Assembly: GCF_020745735.1 (NCBI RefSeq)
Contig: NC_083419.1
Span: 40,756,085-40,820,084, forward strand
Length of the DNA: 64,000 nt
Reading direction: 5' to 3'
From: Hemiscyllium ocellatum
Lineage: Eukaryota
Positions within the stretch are counted from its first letter, which is position 1; every line of letters begins with the position of its first letter. Made by a program: the position numbers and the translations under genes. The notes beneath the pieces were generated by a model. The model made no database searches. It was not told where the DNA came from and saw only the letters and a program-made list of their open reading frames with translations. Below, piece after piece: positions 1 through 11,657 of this stretch.

Positions 1-204
1 TAGGAAGGGGCTTTCTTATCACCTTCAAGCTAATTCCTGGTCATAGTTTATAAGTTTTAGTAACAATGCATTTGACCAAATGACTACGACAGACTACGCA
101 CGGAACCAACCACCAGGATCTATCTTCTCTTTTCTCCCACAGGGACTGGAGTGTATTCGCTACCGTATACAGGTACTAAATGAACAAATTCACTGAAGAT
201 TCTG

Positions 205-627
205 AGACAGCAACAGGCGTTGCTGGAAAAGCTCAGCAGGTCAGGCAGCATCTGTAGAGAGAAATCAAAGTTAACGTTTCAGGGCTGGTGACCCTTCCTC
301 AGAACTGATGGTATCTAGGAAAATGTCAGTTTATAAGCAGAAGATAGGGTCAGGGAGGGGATAAAAAGTAAACATAGGTAGGGATAGAACCCAAAGAGAG
401 AAAGAAGAACGACTGTACCATCAAAAGATTCAAGAATAATCTGGCTGGAAGGGTGAACAGATGTTAATAGAGACTATTAGTGACTAACAATAGGTAGTGT
501 GTAATGGCAGACTGTGAGATAACAAGGCCTGGTGTGTGAATTTGATTTCTCTTCACAGATATGGCAGACCTGCTGAGCTTTTCTAGCAACTTCTATTTTT
601 GTTTCTGATAGACAGCATCTACAGTTC
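205..627. mobile_element. PLE-derived element with inverted ends and hammerhead variant
   Basis: Minus strand CTGAGGA-AGGG-tcaccag-CCCT-GAAAC-GTT at 273-304; 541-625 is an inverted copy of 205-270. Confidence 0.7.
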
Positions 628-928
628 TGAGACAGCACCTTCCAAACCCACGATCATGTCCTTCAAGAAGGACAAGGGTAGCAGACACTTGGGAACATCA
701 TGACTTACAAGTTCCCCTCCAAGCAACACACCATCCTGACTTGGAAATATATTACCGCTCATTCACTGTTGCTCGGTCAAAATCCTGGAATTCCTTCCCT
801 AAGGGCATTTTAGGTTTACCTATAGCCCATGGACCAAAGCGGATCAAGAAGGCAGCTCACCCCCAACCACTCATGGGCATCTAGGGATAAGGAAGAAATG
901 CGGCCCAGCCAGCGATGACCACATCCAA
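628..928 (+). mobile_element. 3' end of a CR1/L2-like LINE
   Basis: TCAAAATCCTGGAATTCC (SKSWNS) motif; tail shared with 54700-54775 and, reversed, with 18185-18280. Confidence 0.65.
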
Positions 929-1665
929 TTATTGAACAAAGGTGCACAAAACTAATCAAAATGAAAAATATATACAATCACCACTTCATTGACTTACGGT
1001 CAAAGGTATTTTTCTACATGAACTCCCCTCACTAGGAACAGGTGGATACGGCACAGTCCAACTACATGGAGCATTTCATGGCAATGTGGCCAGACTCACC
1101 CTTTCCAACACCAGGGACAGGCCGAACATTAGTATGGTGATACATGCTGTTTGCATACAAAAGGGTCTTTTCACAGCTTGATGCAGCTACACACAAAATG
1201 GCTGTCAGAATGAGGGAAAAGTTGGGCACTTTTTTCTCCCTTTTACCTAGAGTTTCACACATCTTGTCATTATAAACAGGGTCCATTTCAAAATCTTCAG
1301 AAGATGGTTCAGCTAATCACTACGATACAGAGGGAGGATTGGGACAGACCCATGTCACTTACAATTATTGTAGCAAGCACCAAAAATACACAATAAGGAC
1401 CAGTTATTGTACTTTGCTTGAAAGGCCTTAAGATATTGAGGAGACGGAAAGTGCAAAATCCCATGGGCCGTGTGCCTTGCTAAGAATGTAAATTGTGAAC
1501 AGAATTACCGAAACGCACTGAGACACCCGAGTGTACCATGGTGCAAGGAGTACTATGTGCAATTTTGGTCTCCTTATCTCAGGAAAGATACTGCCAAAGA
1601 GAGAGTGCAACAGATGTTCATTAGACAGATTCCTGGGATGGTGGGGATATCCTACGAAGAGAGAT

Positions 1666-2810
1666 TGTACCCACCTTCTGTATGTCTATTTCACATGGCC
1701 CTGGACTTTGGAATGTACCAGGCTACAACACTGAAGTGTTGATAATATTTTACATTTAAAGATTGGTACCTCTACAATGCCAAATATATCCTCCCTATGC
1801 TTTTGCAAGAGAGTGCGGGTGCTATGATGGTACCTGAAAGATAGCACCTCTGACAGTCTAAAGCTCCCTTCAGTGTTTCTCTGAAAACGTTAGTCTAGAA
1901 TTTGTGCACAAGTTAGGCCTGTATTTTCTCTTAGCATCGCGAGCATCATTTTAGATTTCATTTCATTCTAGGTTTGATGTAGGCCGTATGATGCAAGAGG
2001 TGCCCTTTTAAAGCAGCCTCTTCTGGTCACTCTCACTCCTCTTCACTACTGTTCCTCTGGTTCACAGCTTCAGTTCTGCCTTGATCTTTTGTATTACTTT
2101 ACATCCTCTGGTTCGAGGTTTCTGTAGGCTGAATCTTACTGTCGCCGCTAACTCTCCAGTTCAATGCTTCCTAATCTCCCCTCTTGCTCAGTTTATCACA
2201 CGCAAATCAAAACTGCTGTTCCTGCCTGTCACTATGCAACTCCAGCGCTCTCGTTCACAGTAAAGGAGGGAAGCAGTAAAATGATTAAGGTAGGGACTGG
2301 CAGGTTTGGAAAGACCAAGAATCTGTAATGATCGAAGATCAAGGAATGGCAGAAGACATAAAATGGAGGATCACCAGCAATCAGATTATCAGGTCTGATG
2401 AAAATTCATGACCTGGAATGTAAACTCCATCTCAGTATCCAGCAGTATTGCCAAATTTTCTGCGTACTGCCAGCATTTTCAGTTTCCATTCTTTAATGCT
2501 CTGAATGGGTTATCAGTTTTCACTTCACTCTGTTTAAGTTGGTTGCACTCATGCCTGATTCAGAAAGTCACACTTCAAACACTTGTGCACAAAATTCTCA
2601 ACTAACATGTCAGAGAAACACTGAGGAAGTGCTATTTTCACATTCCATCATACCACTCACATTCTTTTGAAAAAGCACAGGGAGGATACATTGGGTATTG
2701 TTGACACATCGATCTTCCAATGTAAAATACTGTCAACACTTCAGTGTTGTAGCCTGGTACATTCCAAAATCCAGGGTCATGTGAGAGACACATACTGAAG
2801 TTGGAAACAG
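1666..2810. repeat. Inverted duplication, arms 1666-1913 and 2581-2810
   Basis: GGAATGTACCAGGCTACAACACTGAAGTGTTGA is present exactly in both orientations; similarity extends to ~240 bp. Confidence 0.88.
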
Positions 2811-3436
2811 CTTTTCAAAGGGACAATTAAGATCGATCATAAGACCCTTTTATCATCGTACACAGACAGGCAAAAAAAACCCCACAGAATTCAAATGGCA
2901 TATAATTAATATTGTAGATATTAACAAAGTGCACGTCATAACAACTGAAAGAAACTGATTTTATATAATGTCAACTTTGAATGGTCAAGTCATGTACTAT
3001 CATACATGACAAATAATTTGGTTAGATCAGCTTCAGGCTGTTGGAAAAAACAAATCATATTTGAACGATGCCAGAATAACGGACACCGGCATGAAGCAAC
3101 AAGCGGATAAATCCCATCCAAAGCCAACACCTTCTAATTCCCTGAAACCAAGTGAACCATATAGACGAATGACACTAACAGGAGTTCCTACCTACAGTAA
3201 ATACAAAAGTAGGCTGAGGAAGCCCCACACAGAACTGACACTACCCGGAGCAGCTGCCTGAGAGGAGACAACAGCTAACGCCCATCATTAGGAACCGACC
3301 AGACTTGGGGAAAACTCCAGGGGAAGTTAGTGGAGGCCGCAGCCTAAAGCTAAAGTTAAGCCTAAGCCCATCGCGGACACCCATTCAGAGCGGCTTCAGC
3401 TCAGGAAAGTCACCGTTCCCGTTTCCACTCACTCAC

Positions 3437-3451
3437 CAGGAACTGCAACAT
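3437..3451 (-). CDS. STMP1: First coding micro-exon (MLQFL) of short transmembrane mitochondrial protein 1; remaining exons not found, probably left of the window
   Basis: Minus strand reads gcacaATG TTG CAG TTC CTG|gtgagt (A at -3, strong donor) inside a CpG-rich promoter. As recalled, vertebrate STMP1/C7orf73 begins MLQFL and splices after these 15 nt. Too short for the ORF track. Confidence 0.7.
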
Positions 3452-3479
3452 TGTGCTTTCTGCACGGACCTCAAATACC

Positions 3480-3600
3480 TGGGCCCACCGCGATTCCTCC
3501 ACTGACCCAGCACAGCAATGCGCAGGCGCGCCCTCACTCCACAAGGGCGGGATCACTGCGCCGCCATCTTGGGAAGGTCACAGCATCTGTTCTGTAGTCC
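3480..3600 (-). promoter_or_regulatory. CpG-rich promoter of the STMP1-like gene (NRF1, GC box, YY1, nuclear-receptor half site)
   Basis: TGCGCAGGCGCG (NRF1-like) 3519-3530; GGGCGG 3545-3550; CCGCCATCTT (YY1) 3561-3570; AAGGTCA 3574-3580. This combination is typical of nuclear-encoded mitochondrial genes. Confidence 0.7.
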
Positions 3601-4317
3601 CAGTATCCTGACAATAGCACAGTGTCAATGGGAAAGAAACATTTCACTACATATTATTGGTTAGGTACGGAAACCGCTGACTTTTATAAGATCTTGGTGG
3701 ATAACGTTGTCAAGTTTGGTGGTGGTTTCATCAAAGGATGTATAAGGTCTCAAACAACTAAATTCTTAGCAATTATTTCTATAACCAGTAGGAAATGACT
3801 CTTAAAACAGTTACATTAATTGTCCTGTAGTTTTTTTTTAATTCGACTTGTTTGAAGCAGTATCCAGCAGATTCATTTTTAATTGTTTTCAAGAGGTTGC
3901 AGAAAAGATCTCCAAGAATGATCACAATTACAAAATCATTACAACACAGGCCAGTCTGTCCTATCTAGGAGCATATCACTTAGTGTCATTCTCTTGCCTT
4001 TTCTCCATAAACGCATACGTTGTTCCTTTCTTCATAGAGATTTAATTCATTTTTGAATTACTATATCATGCTTCAAGGCAGTGGCCTGATCTTTTGCTGC
4101 ATGAACAATATTTTACTTGTTGTATTACCCTTTTCTATTGTCAATTATTTTACATCTGTGCCCTCTCGTTCTTAACATTTCCATAAAATTCCAGGGATTA
4201 GACACTTCAATCACTGAATGGTTATTGCCATCGGTCATGGAAGAGCAGAGCCAAGCAATTAAAAACCTTCAAAAGGTGGGTTTGCAAAGAAGTCTATTAA
4301 AAATACTGATATTTCAC

Positions 4318-5488
4318 AAAGTTTTTGCAAGGTTTGTAACTCAAGTTGAGGTTTAGGGTGTAGGTTTGCTCACTGAGCTGTAGGTTTGATATCCAGACGT
4401 TTCACTGACTAGGCAACATTATCAGTAACGACCTCCAAGTGAAGCAAAGCTGTTGTCTCCTGCTTCCTATTTATATCTTTCTCCTGGATGGGGTTCCTGG
4501 GGTTTGTGGTGATGTCATTTCCTGTTTGTTTTCTGAGGGGTTGATAGATGGTATCTAGATCTATGCGTTTGTTTATGGCATTGTGGTTGGAGTGCCAGGC
4601 CTCGAGGAATTCTCTGGCATGTCTTTGCTTAGCCTGTCCCAGGATATATGTGTTGTCCCAGTCAAAATGGTGTTTTTTTTCATCCGTGTGCAGGGCTATG
4701 AGGGAGAGAGGGTCGTGTCTTTTTGTGGCTAGCTGGTGTTCGTGTATCCTGGTGGCTAACTTTCTTCCTGTTTGTCCAATGTAGTGTTTGTGGCAGTCCT
4801 TGCATGGAATTTTGCAGATGATGGTTTTGTCCATGGTTGTACTGATCTTTTAAGTTTGTTAGTTTTTGTTTGAGTGTTGGTGAGTTTGTGTGGTACTAGG
4901 ATTCCGAAGGGTCTTAGTAGTCTGGCTGTCATTTCTGAAACTTCTTTGATGTATAGTAAGGTGGTGAGGGTTTCTGGCTGTGTTTGGTCTGCTTGTCGTG
5001 GTTTGTTCTTGAGGAATCTGCGCACTGTATTATTTGAGTATCCGCTCTTCTTGAATACGTTGTATAGGTGGTTCTCTTCTGTTTTCCGAAGTTCGTCTGT
5101 GCTGCAGTGTGTGGTGGCTTGTCGGAATAGTGTTCTGATACAGCTTCGTTTGTGTGTGTTGGGATGGTTGCTGGTGTAGTTAAGTATTTGGTCAGTGTTT
5201 GTCGGTTTTCTGTATACGCAGGTTTGTAGTTCTCCGTTGTCCTTTCTTTCGACTGTGACATCCAGGAATGCGAGTTTGTTGTCGGTTTCTTCTTCCTTGG
5301 TGAACTTTATGCCTGTGAGGGTGTTGTTGATGATGTTAAAATATCTCTTCTATCTAGTTTAGTTTTGTGATGACAAAGATGTCAGCTACGTAGCGGATCC
5401 AGATTTTAGGTTTGATGTTTGGTAGGGCTGTTTGTTCTAGTCTTTGCATTACTGCTTCTGCTATGAATCCTGATAGCGGAGATTCCCC
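4318..5488 (-). mobile_element. Penelope-like element, inverted left arm (RT C-terminal part, GIY-YIG, 3' end), degenerate
   Basis: ORF 4409..4834 has KIPCKDCHKHYIGQTGRKLATRIHEH...REFLEAWHS (PLE GIY-YIG). Reverse complement of 5865-6950. Confidence 0.92.
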
Positions 5489-6963
5489 CTCAGAACCACA
5501 GTCTCACTATCCGAAACACCAACTTACAGACTGGCCAAAGAACTACACGCAAGACTGAAATACCTAGTAGAAGAGTCACAGCACTTCATCCACTCCACCC
5601 AGGAATTCTTAAAAATCATCAAAAGCACCAAAATAGAGGAAGATGAAGCAATGATCTCATTCGACGTAACAGCACTATTCACCTCCATCAACATCGACCT
5701 GGCAAAGGAGACACTTACCACACTTTTAGAAGAGATCATCACACACACACCAACCACCATCAATCACATTACCAACGAAAACATCATGAAGCTACTGGAC
5801 CTGTGCCTCACCACCCACTTCATTTTCAACAACATCGTCTACAAACAAACCAACGGCACACCCATGGGATCTCCACTATCAGGATTCATAGCAGAAGCGT
5901 AATGCAAAGACTAGAACAAACAGCCCTACCAAACGTCAAACCAAAAATCTGGATCTGCTACGTAGATGACACCTTTGTCATCATAAAACGAAACTAGATA
6001 GAAGAGACATTTAACATCATCAACAACACCCTCACAGACATAAAGTTCACCAAGGAGGAAGAAACCGACAACAAACTCGTATTCCTGGACGTCACAGTCG
6101 AAAGAAAGGACAACAGAGAACTACAAACCTGCATATACAAACACTGATCAAATACTTAACTACACCAGCAACCATCCCAACACACACAAATGAAGCTGTA
6201 TCAGAACACTATTCCGACGAGCCACCATACACTGCAGCACAGATGAACTTCGGAAAACAGAGGAGAACCACCTATACAACGTATTCAAGAAGAACGGATA
6301 CTCAAATAATAGTGCGCAGATTCCTCAAGAACAAACCATGACAAGCAGACCAAACACAGCCAGAAACCCTCACCACCTTACCATACATCAAAGAAGTTTC
6401 AGAAATGACAGCCAGACTACAAAGACCCCTCAGAATCCTAGTAGCACACAAACCCACCAACACTCTCAAACAAAAACTAACAAACTTAAAAGACCCAGTA
6501 TAACCCATGGACAAAACCAACATCATCTACAAAATTCCATGCAAGGACTGCCACAAACACTATGTAGGACAAACAGGAAGAAAGTTAGCCACCAGGAAAC
6601 ACGAACACCAGCTAACCAGAAAAAAAGACACGACCCTCTCTCCCTCGTAGCGCTACACATGGATGAAAAAAACCATTTCAACTGGGACAGGCTAAGCAAA
6701 GACATGCCAGAGAATTCCTCGAGGCCTGGCACTCCAACCACAATGCCATAAACAAACACATAGATCTAGATGCCATCTATCAACCCCTCAGAAAATGAAC
6801 AGGAAATGACATCACCACAAACTCCAGAAACCCATTCAGGAGAAAGATATAAATAGAAAGCAGGTGACAACAGCTTTGCTTCACTTGGAGGTTGCTACTG
6901 ATGATGTTACCTAGCCAGGTAATGAAACGTCTGGATATCAAACCTACACTCTAAATTTCACAA
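5489..6963 (+). mobile_element. Penelope-like element, right arm (RT, GIY-YIG, 3' end with hammerhead), degenerate
   Basis: MISFDVTALFTSI, NGTPMGSPLS and YVDDTF RT motifs; YKIPCKDCHKHYVGQTGR; multiple stops and frameshifts. Confidence 0.93.
6895..6934 (+). ncRNA. Minimal type I hammerhead ribozyme motif
   Basis: CTA-CTGATGA-T-GTTACCT-agcc-AGGTAAT-GAAAC-GTC-TGG. Confidence 0.78.
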
Positions 6964-7046
6964 GGTTCTTGCAAGATCATAAGTAAGGCTACATTTTATT
7001 TGGGAATGTTTAGGAGATTTGTTCTCAGCTTGTGGACTCTGTTTTA

Positions 7047-7217
7047 TAGGAGAAAGTGAGGACTGCAGATGCTGGAGATCAGAGCTGAAAATGTGTTGCT
7101 GGAAAAGCGCAGCAGGTCAGGCAGCATCCAAGGAACAGGAGATTCGACGTTTCAGGCATAAGCCCTTCAGATTCCTGAAGAAGGGCTTATGCCAGAAACA
7201 TCAAATCTCCTGTTCCT
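7047..7217. mobile_element. Fold-back short PLE-derived insertion (hammerhead region in both orientations)
   Basis: Inverted arms 7127-7168 and 7180-7221; TSD TGGACTCTGTTTTA at 7033-7046 and 7218-7231. Confidence 0.85.
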
Positions 7218-8449
7218 TGGACTCTGTTTTACATCATGGATTGTAACATCTCCATTTATATCACTCATCATAGTAATTGTATTTGTTTACTATCCAGGAT
7301 GCAGGAGAAAGAAGAGGATAGACAGAACATAACTTAGAGAAAATAGAAGAGAAATAGTAAGGTGATGTATTGTGTTCTCATGTGTGTTCTTTGTCTTCAT
7401 AGCAGCCCAGGCCGACGTTCTAGGTTACAATTAAACAACATTTATTACACTGTTGATGTGTAAGGCTTTGTAGCAACTGTTTAGGGATGTACAAGATCTA
7501 ACTTCGTTGTCGTACTCACACATGACTTGACATCACAGTGACATGATGACTTACCTCAGAGGCTCATCTGATCATTAATTCATATCTCTTCAATATTGAG
7601 GGATTCAAAAACACAATGAAGCAAGAAATTCATGAACAATTTTTTGAAGGCAGGGCTGTTTGCCATAGGAGGAAGAAACTGAATAGGGATTTACAAGATT
7701 TGAAAACATTCTGCAGATTTCATATTTAATCATTTTATAGACTTGAGCTGGAAGGATTGTGCATACCTTGATTTTTATTTAAGAATGAAAGGTCACTGGA
7801 ATGAAAGGTCATGCCTTGTGATAGCTGCTTATTTAGTGGAGAGACCCTGCCTCGATTTATGACTGTCAGGCTGCAACATCTGCTGTGGATATTGGTTGGA
7901 GTCAATAGTAACTAGCCTGCTGAAGAAATGCAGTTTCTCATTCTCATTCTGTAAGTAGGCCCATTGTGATACCTGGGGCGCTAGTACAGCTGCTGTCATT
8001 TGCTCTGCATAAAGAAATACATTTTTGTTTTCATTTATCGAATGTGTATGTTTTGGGTTATTTAGAAGGATATCAATTCATATTTCTTATTTCAAATTAT
8101 GTTAACCAATTCTGTACTTTCATTAAATACATTTTGATTTATAATAAATCATTCTGAGCTTATTAAAGAAACATTTTTTATTCTAAGTCTAAAATAGAGC
8201 ATACAAGTGGCCATACAGTGAACCAGTAAAGCAATTCATATTGTGACCCATGAAGTACTTGAAAAACAGTGCATATCTCCCATCTCTTTTATAATAAGAG
8301 GAACTTCCAATGATGGGATGGAGAAACCAAGGGATGAGAGATTCTTAAGAGGAACAGGTGTGTTCAGAATCAGATAGTCAGGGTGGGGTAATCGCCAACT
8401 AATTTGTATCTAAGGAATAAGAATTTTACTTTGGACCTTAGAGATAACA

Positions 8450-8570
8450 GGGCAGAAGTGGGTACTGCAGATGCTGGAGATTAGAGTGGTCCTGGAAAAT
8501 ACAGCAGTTCAGGGCAGCATCTGAGGAGCAGGAAAATCCATGTTTTGGGCAAAATCCTTTCATCAGGAAT
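8450..8570 (-). mobile_element. Short PLE-derived element, degenerate hammerhead
   Basis: Same family as the 7047 and 30300 copies; minus strand ATTCCTGATGAAAGGATTTTGCCCAAAACAT. Confidence 0.75.
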
Positions 8571-9774
8571 GATCTAACCAGTTCCAAGTAATAATGGCGA
8601 TCATGGTTCTATTACTGTTAACTAGATATTATGTGGTTCTCTTGGCATTTTGAAACATTTATTAAATATACATTTCACATGTACTGTGTTTCATAATGTC
8701 AATGTTTAACAATATGCTTAGTTAGGAAAACTAAGCTAGAAAGTTTAAGAATTCATTTTAGTTTCTGTGAAAAGCTTTTCCCTTCTGATCCAAAGCAGCA
8801 AGCTGTTAATTGAATTACTTCTCAATGAATTTACCTGCTATCTCCTATGCTTTATGCTCAAACCTGTTGCTTAATTACAATAAATTTGTCACAAAGTAGG
8901 CAATATTAAGAGCAATTTAATTATTTTAACCTTATTAGTTATTTCCCATATCTGGTGATATCTCGTGAGGGCATTTACAGTCAACTATTAGTACAGGACT
9001 GGAGACTGTAATCAGTTGCAGATTGAAAGTGTTCGTTCTCTGCCATGAAGAACATTGTTGAACATATAGTACAATGAGAAGGGATTTATGCACTAACAAA
9101 AACAATGCTAACACAGTGCTGGAGTCATTGGGCTTCAGAGATATCAATCAAAATAGAGTGTTTCTCAGAAGACAATCATTTAGTAACTCCACAAACTAGA
9201 AATACTAATCATGTAAATATAACCCTTTGTGACTGAATGTACAATTAGTAGGATTTTTTAAAAAACCTCTAAAAAATTTTTAGATGTAATACAGTATTTC
9301 TGCGAAGATCTCTAATGAGTTACAGGTTAAATAAGACACTTTTTTTCTGCTAACATGCCAATCTGCCTAGTTATATTTGCAGAAAAAAACTCATGATTTT
9401 ATACCTTGTGTTTTTTAAGAGTTTCTCATGTGATATATGAACCAGTGCAGCGGCCATGTTTGTTACTGACACATTTAATTTAAAAATTTGATGTAGTTGT
9501 TCAAACATTTGCAACCATTTGAATTTTTAAGTTGATATTTTTTGATTACCTCTCAGTTTTACTAAGTAAACAAGCATAATTCAACACAATGTAGCCTAAA
9601 TGAAATCCAAACCATGGTGACAGATTATCAAATTTCCATCTGTGGAGTTATACTACTTTGTCTTAGACTATACAACAGTGAAGTCCAGATGTTATTTTCA
9701 ACAACTTGAAATGTAGGTGTCTCTCCACAATACCTAAAGCAGAATCAATGTATCCCAATAGCCATACCAGCATG

Positions 9775-10130
9775 TGCCCATACTTTTGCCACTGAGTCAG
9801 AAGATTGTGTACTCAAATTTCACTCCAGGACTTGAGCATAAAAATCAAAGATGTGGGAGTGTTGCAATATCTGAAGTGGAGTCTTTCAAATGAACTGTTA
9901 AACCTAAGCCCTTTCTAGGGCTAGATATGAGATTCTGCCTGATATTCATCACTCATCAACAGTACAAAAACAGACAATTACATTATCTTTTGTTGTGTGC
10001 AATTTGGCTTCACATTTTCTTCATTACTGCATTTCTTGCAGTTACAACAGTGACTGCATCTGTACTTTGTTAGCTTTGTACTACACCCTTAAGTTATGAA
10101 AAATACGAAATAAATGTAGCTTTTATTAAT
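9775..10130 (+). mobile_element. Decayed DeuSINE-like (SacSINE1/AmnSINE1-type) element just upstream of the DENND11 promoter
   Basis: CTGAGTCAGAAG.TTGTG...CACTCCAGGACTTGAGCA.AAAA and TTGTTGTGTGCAATTTGGCT...TTACAACAGTGACT recall this family; related pieces at 2530-2640, 13265-13560 and 61690-61790. Confidence 0.55.
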
Positions 10131-10259
10131 ATTGGATAATGTTCACATTCAAAGAAAGTGTAACCTACAAATAATTACCACAAAGAGCAAGTGAGTCCCA
10201 GAAACAAAGCAGTCACACCTCAAACTAAACCTTCTTTGAGCACCAGTAGAAGGAGGTTA

Positions 10260-10760
10260 ATATGTGACCTTCCCAAGATGGCGCAGGTCTGGTTCCACCA
10301 CCCTGACGCCATGTCCGATTCCCAGCAGCGGTTTCCGGTTTCTCTGGAAACGGGAGCGAGACGACACCTCGGAGTGAGCTTGATCCGAGCCGAGCTGTGC
10401 CGCTGGGATGGCGGACCGCGCCCCGCTGCTCGAGTACGAGGAAGGTCCTGCTGTCACATTCCCTCCTTGGGATGGCTCCAGCCCGGCTCCTGGGAATGCC
10501 GCCGGATCAACGGCCTCACCGCGCGGAGCTGCCGACAGCTGGAGCCCGGAGTCGGAGCCGGAGGGGGATGCGGCCGCGGCTCCGGGAGCTCAGCAGCAGG
10601 AAGAGGAGGAGCAAGTGGTGGCCGTGTTTGTGGTGACTTTCGACACGAGAGCAGGTGAGAGCGGTCTCCCCCACAGCCACAGCTCTCATCCAGGGTCCGC
10701 AGTTAAAATGGCTGCAGAATCGGGGGGTGGGAAGATGGCGGGGTCTCCATGGTACCCGGA
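10260..10760 (+). promoter_or_regulatory. CpG island / promoter and exon 1 region of DENND11
   Basis: Sharp rise in GC and CpG. TGACCTTCCCAAGATGGCG (half site plus YY1) at 10265-10283, ETS-type TTCCGG at 10333-10338, further YY1-like AAAATGGC and AAGATGGCGG at the start of intron 1. Confidence 0.8.
10408..10654 (+). CDS. DENND11: DENND11 exon 1 (MADRAPLLEYEEGPAV...EQVVAVFVVTFDTRAG)
   Basis: Matches the recalled KIAA1147/LCHN N-terminus (APLL..EGPAV; EEDQVVAVFVVTFD). Donor cag|gtgaga; 247 nt, phase 1. Confidence 0.93.
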
Positions 10761-11657
10761 GGAGGAGGAGATGGTAGTATCTGCATACTCAAGGGTTGAG
10801 GAATTTGTTCTCTACTTTAGTTGCACTGAATGATATTCCTTATAATAAAGCGTTTCTGAGTTGATGATACCTTCTCTGGTCCAAAAACTGTATTGGAATA
10901 CGGCTACAAAGCGGTAGAGTTCATTCCGACCACTCAGCCCTGGGTTGTTCCAACTTGGTCCCAATAACCGAGGTGCACTGTATCCTTAAAGAGACTTGGT
11001 CCGACCTTTTTCAAAAGAAAAAATAACGGTCAATGCCAACCATTTGGATTTGGTTTAGATACATTTGGTTGAGATATCAATGTTTTACTACTTCGTGAGT
11101 AATGAAGAGAGTCTGGAGTTTATGGAGGCTGAGATTGGAAACAGCATTGATGTCATCCTTTTGGTTTAAAGGAAGCTATAGATTTTGTTGAATGATTGTG
11201 GACTTAGTTCTTAAATTGCTAAGGACTATGTAGCTTGGACATTTGCTGTAGGATGGCCCATCAGGTAGCAGATCTAGAATACATGATGTATTTACTCTTT
11301 CTTTCCTGCTTCACCGCTACTTCTATATAGGATCCCTACAGTGTGGAAACAGACCCTTCGGGCCAACAAATCCACAGCGCCCCTCCGAATCATCCTGAAT
11401 GATTGGTGGCACGTTCTTCACAATTATTTAATGGCAATGTAGCTACACTTCAAGAGGAACTTAAGAACATCTTTGCAGTTTGACCATTTGAGAGTTGTGA
11501 AAACAGGATCTGTCAGGGAATGTGACTTTTGACCATCCAGACAGTGACCAATCTGTCAAAGTTAATTTTGCAAGTCTTTTGCCTGATTGTGGACCTGGCT
11601 GCAAGAAAGGCATTTGACACTTGACATAAAAATGCCTGCCAAGACTCAACATAGTCC

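Noticed and set aside
2735-2790. Possible STMP1 exon 2 (minus strand TLDFGMYQA resembles [11 protein letters not shown])
   Set aside because: Lacks LGF/NVV/QNY, has no correctly placed splice sites, and lies in an inverted duplication; probably coincidental.
7360-8300. Possible solo LTR-like elements
   Set aside because: Some TG...CA and polyA-signal hints, but no TSD, second copy, PBS or PPT could be confirmed by eye.
10191-10658. Overlapping ORFs in the CpG island (155 aa, 79 aa, 66 aa)
   Set aside because: Expected in GC-rich, stop-poor DNA; no recognisable domain.
10655-10833. ORF 10408..10833 continuing as a single-exon protein
   Set aside because: Homology stops at the donor at 10654/10655 and resumes in exon 2; the remainder is intron read-through.
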